Source: a virus (lineage: Duplodnaviria > Caudoviricetes). Taken from it: a stretch of DNA of 24,487 bases. This document shows, in pieces, positions 7,719-16,771 of this stretch (position 1 is its first letter; the number at the start of each line of letters is the position of its first letter). Position numbers and translations under genes: made by a program. The stretch spans positions 1 to 24,487 of IMG/VR virus record IMGVR_UViG_3300031519_000211; one strand, 5' to 3'. Under the pieces are notes generated by a model. The model was not told where the DNA came from and did no database searches. It saw only the letters and a list, made by a program, of their open reading frames with translations.

Positions 7719-9836
7719 ATGGCCTGGAGTACAGAAGAATTTACACGACTAGGGAATCTGCTCACCCAACTCCAAGACCAAGGTGGACCAGTCGATCCAG
7801 AGAGTCAAGAATACAAACAAATAGAGCGGTTACTTAAAAAACTTGAACAGGCATACAATAGGTCTACTGTTGCTGACCTCGGCGTAGATGTAATTCTTGG
7901 AGACCTAGAGAGAAGAAGGGATCTTGCAAAGAAGAGAGGTGAGATCTATCAGACCGCCACCGAAACTAAGAAACAACTAATCCAGTACGGACAACGCACC
8001 GAGAGAATCTTAAGAGAAAAGATCAAGTTACTATATATTTCTGATGAAAATACAGAAGACGAGATTAAAAACCTTCAAGAAGAACTAAAAGTATTACACA
8101 AAAGTAACAAAGAGAATGCTGCCGACGTCGCTGGTGTAGAAAAGGGTGCTCAAGTAGCAGAGCAGATACTTCAATCGACACTCGGAATAAGTAAACACTC
8201 GACAGACATTATGGGGTCGCTTAAAGGATTCGCCAAGGGATTAAAGAAATCCCTGACTGGTGCAAACTTATTCGCCACTGCTATTAGCAAAGTATTCGAT
8301 GCATATGGTGGACTACAGGATGCCCGTGCAAAACTATTTAAACAAACAGGGATGCAGGGATATGACGAAAGGATTATCGATGTCGGCGATAAACTCTCCA
8401 TGGCTTATGGTGCAAATTCTAAACAGATAGCGGGCGAACTCTTTACAGAGGTCAATCAGGCAAGAAGGGCATTTATGCAGTATTCAAAAGCAGATATGGA
8501 TAGAATAGTATTTACTGCTGGGCAACTTTCCAGATTGGGTGTTTCTGTTTCTGCGTATTCTGACATCGGGACCTTTATGTCTCTAAATCTAGAACAAAAC
8601 CTAGATGAACAAGAGAAGACTCTCGGCATGTTATATGACTTAGGTAAGCAAACAGGGACGTCACCAGAAAAGATGTTTCGAGAGGTTGCAACGTCATTGC
8701 CCGTATACAGTAGATATACAAAGGGTTTTGCAAGCGTCTTTGCGGGCATTCACTTGGCGGCACAAAGAACGAATGTAGACGTTTCTGATTTGATGACGCT
8801 AGCTGAATCGTTAGACTCTAAAGACGAAGCACTAAAGCAAGCACAAAAGTTTAATGCCTTGCTCGGCGGACAATACCTGAATCCAGTTGAGTTGCTTGCT
8901 GCAGATCCTGGTGAAAAGGTAAAATTGATAGCAGAAGCATACCAGCGAGCAAATCAGAGTTTGGGAGATATACATCCGAGAGTTGTGAGGTCTCTTTACC
9001 AAAACTTTGGACTAGATGCACAACAATTCAAGAACGTAGTAAATGCTAGTTTTGAGACATACGCAGCAGAACTATCAGGTGTCCAAGCAGGAACACCGGA
9101 ACTCATGACTCAAGCAGCGGCAGACATAAAAAAAACGCAAAGTGCAGGAGAGACAATGGAAACTGCACTCGCAGCGATCCTCTCTAGGGTGTTGCATGAC
9201 GTATTACCTGGAATAGTGCGAATACTTGATATGGTGGTTAATACCGTACGCGCCATGATGGATTTCGGTGGTGGATTTTTGCGCAAACTACTAGGACAGG
9301 ATGAGATGTTCATGACCCCTAAAGAGATTGCCCAAAAGCGAAAGAAAGAAAACATCGAGTCAGCGAAATCTGCTCTGTCTTCGCCAGATGCAGTTGAACT
9401 TGAGAACTACTTACGCCAAAATCCGATAACACCATCGAACGTGCTCCTGGGTAGTTTCAGACCATTGCCGGGCGGCAGCCTATTAATGGGACGTGACAAC
9501 CCGGAGGAAATTAAAGTCCTGGAAGAACGGAACACCGAAATTGCCGAACGCAAGGAGCAGCGCAAGAGGAATAAAGAGATGCGTATGATGATGGTGCCTG
9601 GTTACGGCCGTAAGAGTCCGTATGGCGACTCACCAGTCGCAATGAGCACTTCCAGTAGAGCAACACCGTCCACACAGGTTCCAACCGTAGAAGGGAAGTT
9701 TGAGACCTCAATGCAAGATGACGTTCTATTGTCAAGACTCGCAAAGTTGAGAGATAAGATACACGAATACAGAACAAAGACTACCAAGGTCAGTCTTAAT
9801 GTCGGAATGAATAACATAGCGGAGGCAATAGTATAA
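7719..9836 (+). CDS. Tape-measure-like protein 1
   Basis: Long helical/coiled-coil A/L/K/E/Q-rich protein downstream of tube and chaperone. SD GGGAGG. Paralogous to the next ORF. Confidence 0.7.
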   Translation: MAWSTEEFTRLGNLLTQLQDQGGPVDPESQEYKQIERLLKKLEQAYNRSTVADLGVDVILGDLERRRDLAKKRGEIYQTATETKKQLIQYGQRTERILREKIKLLYISDENTEDEIKNLQEELKVLHKSNKENAADVAGVEKGAQVAEQILQSTLGISKHSTDIMGSLKGFAKGLKKSLTGANLFATAISKVFDAYGGLQDARAKLFKQTGMQGYDERIIDVGDKLSMAYGANSKQIAGELFTEVNQARRAFMQYSKADMDRIVFTAGQLSRLGVSVSAYSDIGTFMSLNLEQNLDEQEKTLGMLYDLGKQTGTSPEKMFREVATSLPVYSRYTKGFASVFAGIHLAAQRTNVDVSDLMTLAESLDSKDEALKQAQKFNALLGGQYLNPVELLAADPGEKVKLIAEAYQRANQSLGDIHPRVVRSLYQNFGLDAQQFKNVVNASFETYAAELSGVQAGTPELMTQAAADIKKTQSAGETMETALAAILSRVLHDVLPGIVRILDMVVNTVRAMMDFGGGFLRKLLGQDEMFMTPKEIAQKRKKENIESAKSALSSPDAVELENYLRQNPITPSNVLLGSFRPLPGGSLLMGRDNPEEIKVLEERNTEIAERKEQRKRNKEMRMMMVPGYGRKSPYGDSPVAMSTSSRATPSTQVPTVEGKFETSMQDDVLLSRLAKLRDKIHEYRTKTTKVSLNVGMNNIAEAIV

Positions 9837-9837
9837 A

Positions 9838-12147
9838 ATGGCGATGTCTTTTGAACAACTGCTAGAAAGATTGAGAACGAGTGGTGTTTCTAACGATACA
9901 CTGTCCAAACTTTCAGCCCAGTCCGCTGCAGCAATAGAGAATTCCTTTCAGGCAGACACTGCCACCGCTGCAAAGACCAAGGCCTATTTCGATAAAGTCA
10001 CAACAGCACTGGAGGGGTACAGAAAAGACTTGTCAGACACAGTCGATGTCGATCAAGAACTATTAGATAGTTACGAAGAAGAGATGGACATCTTAAGAGG
10101 TGTAATGGACAATGAGGCAGAAGCAGGACGAATGGGATCCGACAGACTGAACGCTGCTCAGAAAAGATATAAGGCATTAGCAAAACTAAGAAAGGCAAAG
10201 AAAGGGTTTCTCGAAGGAATGGACAAAGGCGAAGCAGCAGCAGAGCAACTCCTCCAGGCAACCTTTGGACTCAGTACGGAATGGGGCAACCTTTCTGCTG
10301 GGGGATTTGCTAAGGGTTTTGGGATGGGCACGATGAAAATGCTGAAGGGCATGAATCTAATTACTTCTCTTGTTCAAAAGATTATCGAGAGAGCGTTGGA
10401 TTACGACAAAGCGTCAGCAGATTTGTTCAAAAAGACAGGAATAGATAAGTCAAAGTTAAACCTTAAGAAGATGGCAACAGGACTTAAAGGAATGGGTGTT
10501 GACCTAGAGAAAAAACTCGTTGGATCTATAACAGATCTTCAAGACGGGTTTAGGTCCATAGGGGACCTTGGTACGGATCAATTGGAAGCAACTGCGCAAA
10601 CTATAACGATTCTTGAGGGGTTCGGAGCAAGCAACCGTGACACTGTTGCTACATTCGGCATCTTAACAAAAACTCTTGGAAAGACACCAGAGCAAGCAAG
10701 CGAGTTCTTGAACAATACTACTGCACTTGCAGAGTCAATCGCTCGACCCCCTGCTGAACTTCTTTCTGACTTTGTAAAGGCAGCACCAGTATTGGCAAGA
10801 TTTGGAAACCAAAGTGAAAAAGTATTTAAAGACATCTCGCTGCAAGCAACACTTTTGGAGATGGACGTCGCACAGTTGGTAGGGTTGTCGGAGGGCATGG
10901 ATACGTTCGAGGGTGCCGCAAAAGCAGCACAGGCATTCAACATAGCGGTTGGACAACCCTTCCTAAGTGCTCAAGCACTCTTGTCAGCAGAACCTGCTAA
11001 GAAGTTACAGTTGATTGCTGACGCTTACAACCAAGCAGGAAAATCTCTCGAACCAAGAATGAGGCGAGGACTCGCAGCAGATATGGGCGTCAATCCTGCA
11101 GAACTGGAAAGAATTCTAAATCTGAACTCGTCAGAACTCGGCACCAAGAGAGATGAGATGGACGTGGCTCAAGCATCGGTGATGGAAAACATAGCAAGCA
11201 TAACAAAAAACCAGACAGCAATGGACAAAATAACGGCACAAATGCAGAGAATCGTAGATAGTCTTGTGGATGCTACGAGTCTAGATGAAGGTCTCGGAAA
11301 GGTAGCAAGTTTGTTGACATCTGTAGCGGTTGTCTTAACGCAAGATAAGGATCTGGAAAGATCGCATGCCGCGAAACTGAAGATTGCGAAAGAAGGTGGA
11401 CTGGTGGATGTTGGCGGTGGACGTGCTTATACCAAGAAGCAAATCGCAGACGCAAGGACGACAGGTGATATGTCCGATTCAACACTTGCCAAGTACCTTC
11501 ACAGTCCAGGAGTTGCAGGCGCTGGCGGTCAGTCAATGATGGAAATGGATAACAAACAGTTTAAAACATTTCAGAAAAAACAAGAACAATATATGCCAGA
11601 AGGCAAAGTTTTGACAGCAGAGGATGCCCGCACTATGCAGAGTGAAGCAGCGAAAAACACTCTCGCCGGCGCCGCTGGATCTATAGGCATGATCATCGCA
11701 GGCACTTTGATGGGGATTGGCGGTGCCGCCAGTACCGGGGCGTCAGGGGGTCTCGCCGCACCAGCCACTGTACCCTTGATGGCTTATGGCGGGGCCCTTG
11801 CGGCAGGCGGTTTAGCATATTGGGGCGCCAATAAAGCATCCGACTACTACGGAGTGGGCCGAGGACTGGGCGAAAACCAAGGAGGTTACCAGGTACAAAC
11901 AAACGAGGACGCAATGGCAACACCAATGTCCGTAGGAAGTAACTACGTGCAACCAGTTTTTAACAAGCAAGACAAGTTCTATGCAGCAAAAGATGGTGGT
12001 GCTATTGCCAACGCACTAGACGAAGTACTCGCGGCAGTAGACAAACTGATAGAAGAAAAACGAGATGTTAACCTAGATATTAGTGAAAGGAAACTTGCCC
12101 AAGCGGTAGATGGCGCTTTCGCAGGAATACAAAGGAGAACTGTATAA
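9838..12147 (+). CDS. Tape-measure-like protein 2 with C-terminal Gly/Ala-rich hydrophobic segment
   Basis: Helical Ala-rich protein with motif MDTFEGAAKAAQAFN. SD GGAGG. Collinear similarity with ORF 7719-9836. Confidence 0.75.
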   Translation: MAMSFEQLLERLRTSGVSNDTLSKLSAQSAAAIENSFQADTATAAKTKAYFDKVTTALEGYRKDLSDTVDVDQELLDSYEEEMDILRGVMDNEAEAGRMGSDRLNAAQKRYKALAKLRKAKKGFLEGMDKGEAAAEQLLQATFGLSTEWGNLSAGGFAKGFGMGTMKMLKGMNLITSLVQKIIERALDYDKASADLFKKTGIDKSKLNLKKMATGLKGMGVDLEKKLVGSITDLQDGFRSIGDLGTDQLEATAQTITILEGFGASNRDTVATFGILTKTLGKTPEQASEFLNNTTALAESIARPPAELLSDFVKAAPVLARFGNQSEKVFKDISLQATLLEMDVAQLVGLSEGMDTFEGAAKAAQAFNIAVGQPFLSAQALLSAEPAKKLQLIADAYNQAGKSLEPRMRRGLAADMGVNPAELERILNLNSSELGTKRDEMDVAQASVMENIASITKNQTAMDKITAQMQRIVDSLVDATSLDEGLGKVASLLTSVAVVLTQDKDLERSHAAKLKIAKEGGLVDVGGGRAYTKKQIADARTTGDMSDSTLAKYLHSPGVAGAGGQSMMEMDNKQFKTFQKKQEQYMPEGKVLTAEDARTMQSEAAKNTLAGAAGSIGMIIAGTLMGIGGAASTGASGGLAAPATVPLMAYGGALAAGGLAYWGANKASDYYGVGRGLGENQGGYQVQTNEDAMATPMSVGSNYVQPVFNKQDKFYAAKDGGAIANALDEVLAAVDKLIEEKRDVNLDISERKLAQAVDGAFAGIQRRTV

Positions 12148-13008
12148 ATGGGGTTTTATAAGAATTTTGGCAAGGGTGCAATGGGCGGAGACGGGAAACC
12201 AAACATAGATCCAGTTCTTGCTGCTTTCGAAGAAGCGGGATATATAGTTGAGATAGTGCACATCTCGTCCGGTAAGGCAGCAGTATTTCCTTCTTGGATT
12301 ACTGAATTTTCAGATACATTCACAAGTGAGTGGAGCACAGACAGTGTGTTTGGTCGCAATGATAAGATCGGTAACTTTCAAGGAACAACTAGAAGCATCA
12401 GCGTAGGAATGAAGATACCATCATACAGTGTTGTTGAGGCAAGAGAGAATATGCACCAATTAGAACACCTTATTGCAAATCTTTACCCGAGTTATACAAG
12501 TCGAGACTTTAACGGGGAAAAGGTTCATACCATGTCTGGGTCTCCCATGGTAAAGGTAAAGTTCGCAAACCTTATTAAAAATGCCAACGTAAGAATGAAC
12601 GCGGTCAACGCTGCCACCGGCGGGTTGTCAGGGTGGATAAATAATGTTAGTTTCTCGCCAGACTTGGAGTCGGGGTTTCATCACATGAGTCCAAACATGA
12701 GCAAGAGCGATCAGGCAGCATACAATGGTGTATTCGAAGGGCCATCGCAAGGTTTCAACTCTAGTCACACCTTCCTGCCGAAGGTGCTGGACATAAGTTT
12801 CACACTTACTGTTGTTCACGAACACAAATTGGGATGGGAAAATCAATCATGGTTGGCGAACAAGACAGATTCATTTCCATATGGCGTGGAAACATTGTCG
12901 GGTAAACAACATGCCTTGAAAGCAGGTGCAGGTGCCACTACCAGATCAGACGGACGTGTGGCAAAGGGTCTCATGGATAAAGTATTCAAAGGAAAGGCAA
13001 GTATATGA
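12148..13008 (+). CDS. Putative baseplate/tail-tube initiator protein (tube-like fold)
   Basis: FSDTFTSEW...VFGRNDKIGNFQGTTRSISV and PKVLDISFTLTVVHE resemble tube-initiator proteins. It lies right after the tape-measure genes. Confidence 0.55.
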   Translation: MGFYKNFGKGAMGGDGKPNIDPVLAAFEEAGYIVEIVHISSGKAAVFPSWITEFSDTFTSEWSTDSVFGRNDKIGNFQGTTRSISVGMKIPSYSVVEARENMHQLEHLIANLYPSYTSRDFNGEKVHTMSGSPMVKVKFANLIKNANVRMNAVNAATGGLSGWINNVSFSPDLESGFHHMSPNMSKSDQAAYNGVFEGPSQGFNSSHTFLPKVLDISFTLTVVHEHKLGWENQSWLANKTDSFPYGVETLSGKQHALKAGAGATTRSDGRVAKGLMDKVFKGKASI

Positions 13009-13364
13009 CTTACTCTAGATATGGTTTAAGAAAAATAAGAGAGAACAATAACCCTCTTTATAAAGATCTGCTCAAGCGACGAGACATGAAAAAGATAGAG
13101 CACTATACTGCTCCAAAGTTCTTTGTCTTGACAGATGAGATAATACAGTCAATCGATGTTGAGTTTGTATATTGGAACATTTCAACTAGATTTTATAAAC
13201 TAGCAGCAGAGCACTATGGAGATCCAACACTATGGTGGGTCATCGCTCTTTTTAATAAAAAACCAACAGATTTTCACGCAAAAGTCGGTGAGTTGATTTA
13301 TATACCAACTCAATGGGAAATCGTGTATAATGCTGTAATAGAAGGCAACGAGAAGTTTGAGTAA
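13005..13364 (+). CDS. LysM-like baseplate wedge protein (gp53 / P2 gpX-like)
   Basis: RFYKLAAEHYGDPTLWWVIALFN.......KVGELIYIP is a LysM-type signature. ATGA overlap with the upstream gene. Confidence 0.8.
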   Translation: MTYSRYGLRKIRENNNPLYKDLLKRRDMKKIEHYTAPKFFVLTDEIIQSIDVEFVYWNISTRFYKLAAEHYGDPTLWWVIALFNKKPTDFHAKVGELIYIPTQWEIVYNAVIEGNEKFE

Positions 13365-13367
13365 ATT

Positions 13368-15668
13368 ATGGCAAAAACACCGGCAAAAACACAAAACCAA
13401 CAGATCTCAGAGACGTACGACAAGATCAGGTCGTCTTTTGACGATCAATATATAATATCCAGGTACCACACCCAAGTTATGAATGATGTAGGGACAAACC
13501 CGTCCTTTAGGAATATAAGTAAGATAATCCCTATCGTCAAAGAGGTCGACCCTTTTGTGTTTGCCAGTTTCTTAAACACGGGCGGCGCCAGCGCTGATCT
13601 AGGGTCAGTATTTAACACATTCAACAACGCACAATTGTCGATACTTGTGCCAGAGATTCGAATCATAGTTAGAAGAAGGACGGGAGCAGGCAAATATACG
13701 ACAAAGGTTATCCCCATTCAGAATCTACAACCAGAAATGCCACTCGGGAAGAGTCCTGAAGTATCCGGCGCAACCATGGGACTAAAGACCATTGATTTTG
13801 ATCTTGCTGGTACTTCACCAGAAACAGCAAGAAACGACATCAACGCTTCTGCAACTTTCTTTGGAAACACGCTCGCAGTTTTTCAGGAGCATCCAGAATA
13901 CGTGGACTTGATTAATCCGCACTCCACGCCAAAAGATGGTACCAGTTCTGAGATATTGTTTCAGGTGGGGTGGGCAATGCCATCAGGTCCCGCACAAAAG
14001 TCATTGGAATTCACCAAAAAACAGACTACTGCACTTAAATCACAGTTTCAAACTTATGTCATGAACTACACTTCGCACAACTTTAGTTTTAATGAGAACG
14101 GTAGTTTCATACTGCAGGTTGAATATGTCTCTTACATTGATGGTGTAATGAGGGACGCAAACTTTCTTGCTGACAAGTCAATATTAAATGAGGTCTATCC
14201 AAAACTGAAGAAACCAGAGAAACCACTGGAACCAAATGTACATGAGTCTATCATGAGTTACATAAAGGAAAATCACGAAGGCGCAAGTTCAGACTATAAG
14301 AAACGAATATACAATGCCCTTGCTAACGGCAAAGTCGCTGATAACATAAGCAAGTACAAACTAAAACTTGATGAAAACGCCGTCAAACACTTCGGCAAAC
14401 TGTTTGAAGATATCCCGTATCTGACATACGAGGTACCAGTCCGTCAAATGAATGCAATGTTTTTGGTCCGCGCCATGAGGAGAGTTTTGGGACCATACAC
14501 CAATAAGTCAAGTACTTTGCCAGAGTTCTATGGTAAAAATAGTAGCATCACCGATAATCTCAAAGGGCGCTTGAAGCAGTTCTTGGAAACTGACGAACTC
14601 TTTAATCAAGAAGCGATCGCAGAAGCCGCATATCAAAGCGGCACAGTTAAAGAAGTCGAAGCGACATTGTCGAAGTCATTGCCGACGCGACTGAGTTCAA
14701 AAGTACCCACCTCCGAAGAGTTGAAGGAAACTAAATTCTTAGATGTAACAACCCTTGGTAAGATACTTGAAAATTTTATATTGAAAAGTACGGGTGTAAA
14801 TGATTTGATGAAGGAAAAAGATGTAACGTTGATCCTGGGCACCATAAAGATATCAAACCCAGAAGATCAGGCACATGACGAAGTGTATTCTTTGTATGAT
14901 TTGCCTATTGCTTTGTCGACCTTGAAGGAAACGATTAGGAAAATGTACACATCAAAACTAAAAACAAAAGTTTCACTTCGTGCGTTTATAGCAACTATCT
15001 TGAAGGAAGCTAGGAAGTACTACATGCAAGGCGACCTCATACTAGACGCTGGAAAGAAACTGTCAGCAAACAGTCTTAGGTCAACACAAATAACCTGTTC
15101 GCGTGCGAGTAGAGATAGACTCAGGGCGGCACCGACTCTCGCTACACTCAATCTAGGTATCAGATCTGACTTGAGATCCCTAAATATAGAGAAATTAGCA
15201 AATCTGTACTGTATAGTTGCTGGACCTGCAGACGATGCCCCAGAAGCGAGTCTGGACAACTACGTTGTTGGTGCCGCAACCAGCATCGTAAAGAAAGTTA
15301 GTTTCTCCCAGGTCAACTCAGCGACCATGACAGCAAGGCAGGACGATAATATTGTTGCTGCCTTTAGAAACAGTAGCAATCTAGGTGTTATTCCGCAACT
15401 TTATAACGTAAAGATGGATGTGATAGGCAATCTAAACTTTTTACCAGGGTACCTATTCAATCTTATGCCAACAATACTTGGAGTTTCCACTGCGATAAAA
15501 GACAGTATCATTAAGGATCTTGGACTTATGGGAAGTTTCATGACGCTCAAAGTCCATCACACTTTCAGTCAAGATGGTTTTACTACAAGTTTGGAGGCAT
15601 ACAACATCTCGACCTCAAAATATATAAACAAGACAATAGCGAATACAAAGAAGAAGGTTACGAAGTGA
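13368..15668 (+). CDS. Putative baseplate hub protein (gp27/late control D-like), large
   Basis: Follows the LysM gene. C-terminal VKMDVIGNLNFLPG...GSFMTLKVHHTFSQDGFTTSLEA matches the terminal beta-barrel pattern of hub proteins. Confidence 0.5.
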   Translation: MAKTPAKTQNQQISETYDKIRSSFDDQYIISRYHTQVMNDVGTNPSFRNISKIIPIVKEVDPFVFASFLNTGGASADLGSVFNTFNNAQLSILVPEIRIIVRRRTGAGKYTTKVIPIQNLQPEMPLGKSPEVSGATMGLKTIDFDLAGTSPETARNDINASATFFGNTLAVFQEHPEYVDLINPHSTPKDGTSSEILFQVGWAMPSGPAQKSLEFTKKQTTALKSQFQTYVMNYTSHNFSFNENGSFILQVEYVSYIDGVMRDANFLADKSILNEVYPKLKKPEKPLEPNVHESIMSYIKENHEGASSDYKKRIYNALANGKVADNISKYKLKLDENAVKHFGKLFEDIPYLTYEVPVRQMNAMFLVRAMRRVLGPYTNKSSTLPEFYGKNSSITDNLKGRLKQFLETDELFNQEAIAEAAYQSGTVKEVEATLSKSLPTRLSSKVPTSEELKETKFLDVTTLGKILENFILKSTGVNDLMKEKDVTLILGTIKISNPEDQAHDEVYSLYDLPIALSTLKETIRKMYTSKLKTKVSLRAFIATILKEARKYYMQGDLILDAGKKLSANSLRSTQITCSRASRDRLRAAPTLATLNLGIRSDLRSLNIEKLANLYCIVAGPADDAPEASLDNYVVGAATSIVKKVSFSQVNSATMTARQDDNIVAAFRNSSNLGVIPQLYNVKMDVIGNLNFLPGYLFNLMPTILGVSTAIKDSIIKDLGLMGSFMTLKVHHTFSQDGFTTSLEAYNISTSKYINKTIANTKKKVTK

Positions 15669-16771
15669 GTATTAAGTCAGACATGGAAAAGAAGAGGCAT
15701 TATGACGCAAGGGTCTCTTCCAATAAGGTGGTGGTTACTCTAGACAACTGGGATAAAGACCAATTCTTTTACGCAAGAAAGAACGAGAAAGGTAGAACAA
15801 TCGTTCCTTTTGATATTTCAACTATGACTCAACTAAGCGATACGAAGATTTGTTTCAACTTTGTGGCAGACGCTTTCAACGACTTTAAAGAGCACTACAG
15901 GGAGAAAGTTGCCGGTGGACTCGAACCATTTGCTGGACTACCTACCCTCAAGGCGGAAAAGGCGTATATCAAACCACTCTCGCTCTACTTTGAGCATCAA
16001 AAAAGACTAGAAACCATATTTTTAGATAAGTATCTGCTACCAGAACAAGCAAGGGTTAAGGAATTCGATGACATCCTGCAACAGTTTGATCGGTTTTTGT
16101 CAGACTACGCTGATAGGTATCCTATTATGTATTCTTCCTTCGTAAACTCTTCGCTGTGTCCGATGCACGGCACAGGTTTGATGTTAGACTTCAAGGGCGT
16201 ATCGCATAACGATGACGATGAGAGAATCGAACTGGTCAATCACCCCTCTTTCAATTTAGTTTCAAGTATCGCAAAAGAGTACGGTTTCGTTATCCCTAAG
16301 CACGCACCTTGGTGCATTGTGGCAAACCTCGACTCTCATGTGATGATCAACTATGCGATTCAGTATGATGCGCTCGATAAGAAGCAGGTATTAAAAGAGT
16401 ATTTTTATGAATGCAAGGATAACGATATCGACTTGATGCAGGGGTTCCTGTTAAACTGCTACCAGTCCTTCCTCGATGAATCACCCAGAAGGTCCGAAAC
16501 AAGAATTTGCAAGAATGGTAGGTTAAAGACTAAAACAGAGTTCAGAATCAGGCAAGATCCAAAACAAATACTATCTGGTTACTCCTCAAATTTCTGGTTT
16601 AGAACATACATCGAGGTTCTTCTTAAAGAACGGAAAACAAAAATACCTAAAACAAGACTTGACTCCCTGCTCAAGGAATGCTACTATGTGTTAGAAAAGT
16701 ACAGTTTCGAAAGAGCGTACCACTTTGCCGAGATGAAGATCTTAAAGAGTAAACCTGACAGGATTAGATAG
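15665..16771 (+). CDS. Hypothetical protein
   Basis: 368-aa ORF with GTGA overlap at its start and TAG/GTG overlap at its end. No motif recognised. Confidence 0.75.
   Translation: MSIKSDMEKKRHYDARVSSNKVVVTLDNWDKDQFFYARKNEKGRTIVPFDISTMTQLSDTKICFNFVADAFNDFKEHYREKVAGGLEPFAGLPTLKAEKAYIKPLSLYFEHQKRLETIFLDKYLLPEQARVKEFDDILQQFDRFLSDYADRYPIMYSSFVNSSLCPMHGTGLMLDFKGVSHNDDDERIELVNHPSFNLVSSIAKEYGFVIPKHAPWCIVANLDSHVMINYAIQYDALDKKQVLKEYFYECKDNDIDLMQGFLLNCYQSFLDESPRRSETRICKNGRLKTKTEFRIRQDPKQILSGYSSNFWFRTYIEVLLKERKTKIPKTRLDSLLKECYYVLEKYSFERAYHFAEMKILKSKPDRIR

Noticed and set aside
9831-12150. TATAAA(A)TG at both tape-measure gene ends as T4-type late promoters or a fusion/readthrough site
   Set aside because: It is explained by GTA-TAA stop plus an adjacent ATG. 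It does not match TATAAATA fully and leaves no room for a leader, and the second tape-measure gene has its own SD.
2522-15668. Bacterial extracellular contractile injection system or tailocin
   Set aside because: The tail genes are contiguous with phage-type SSB, UvsX/RecA, RNase H-like nuclease, helicase and RNR genes, which fits a phage genome.
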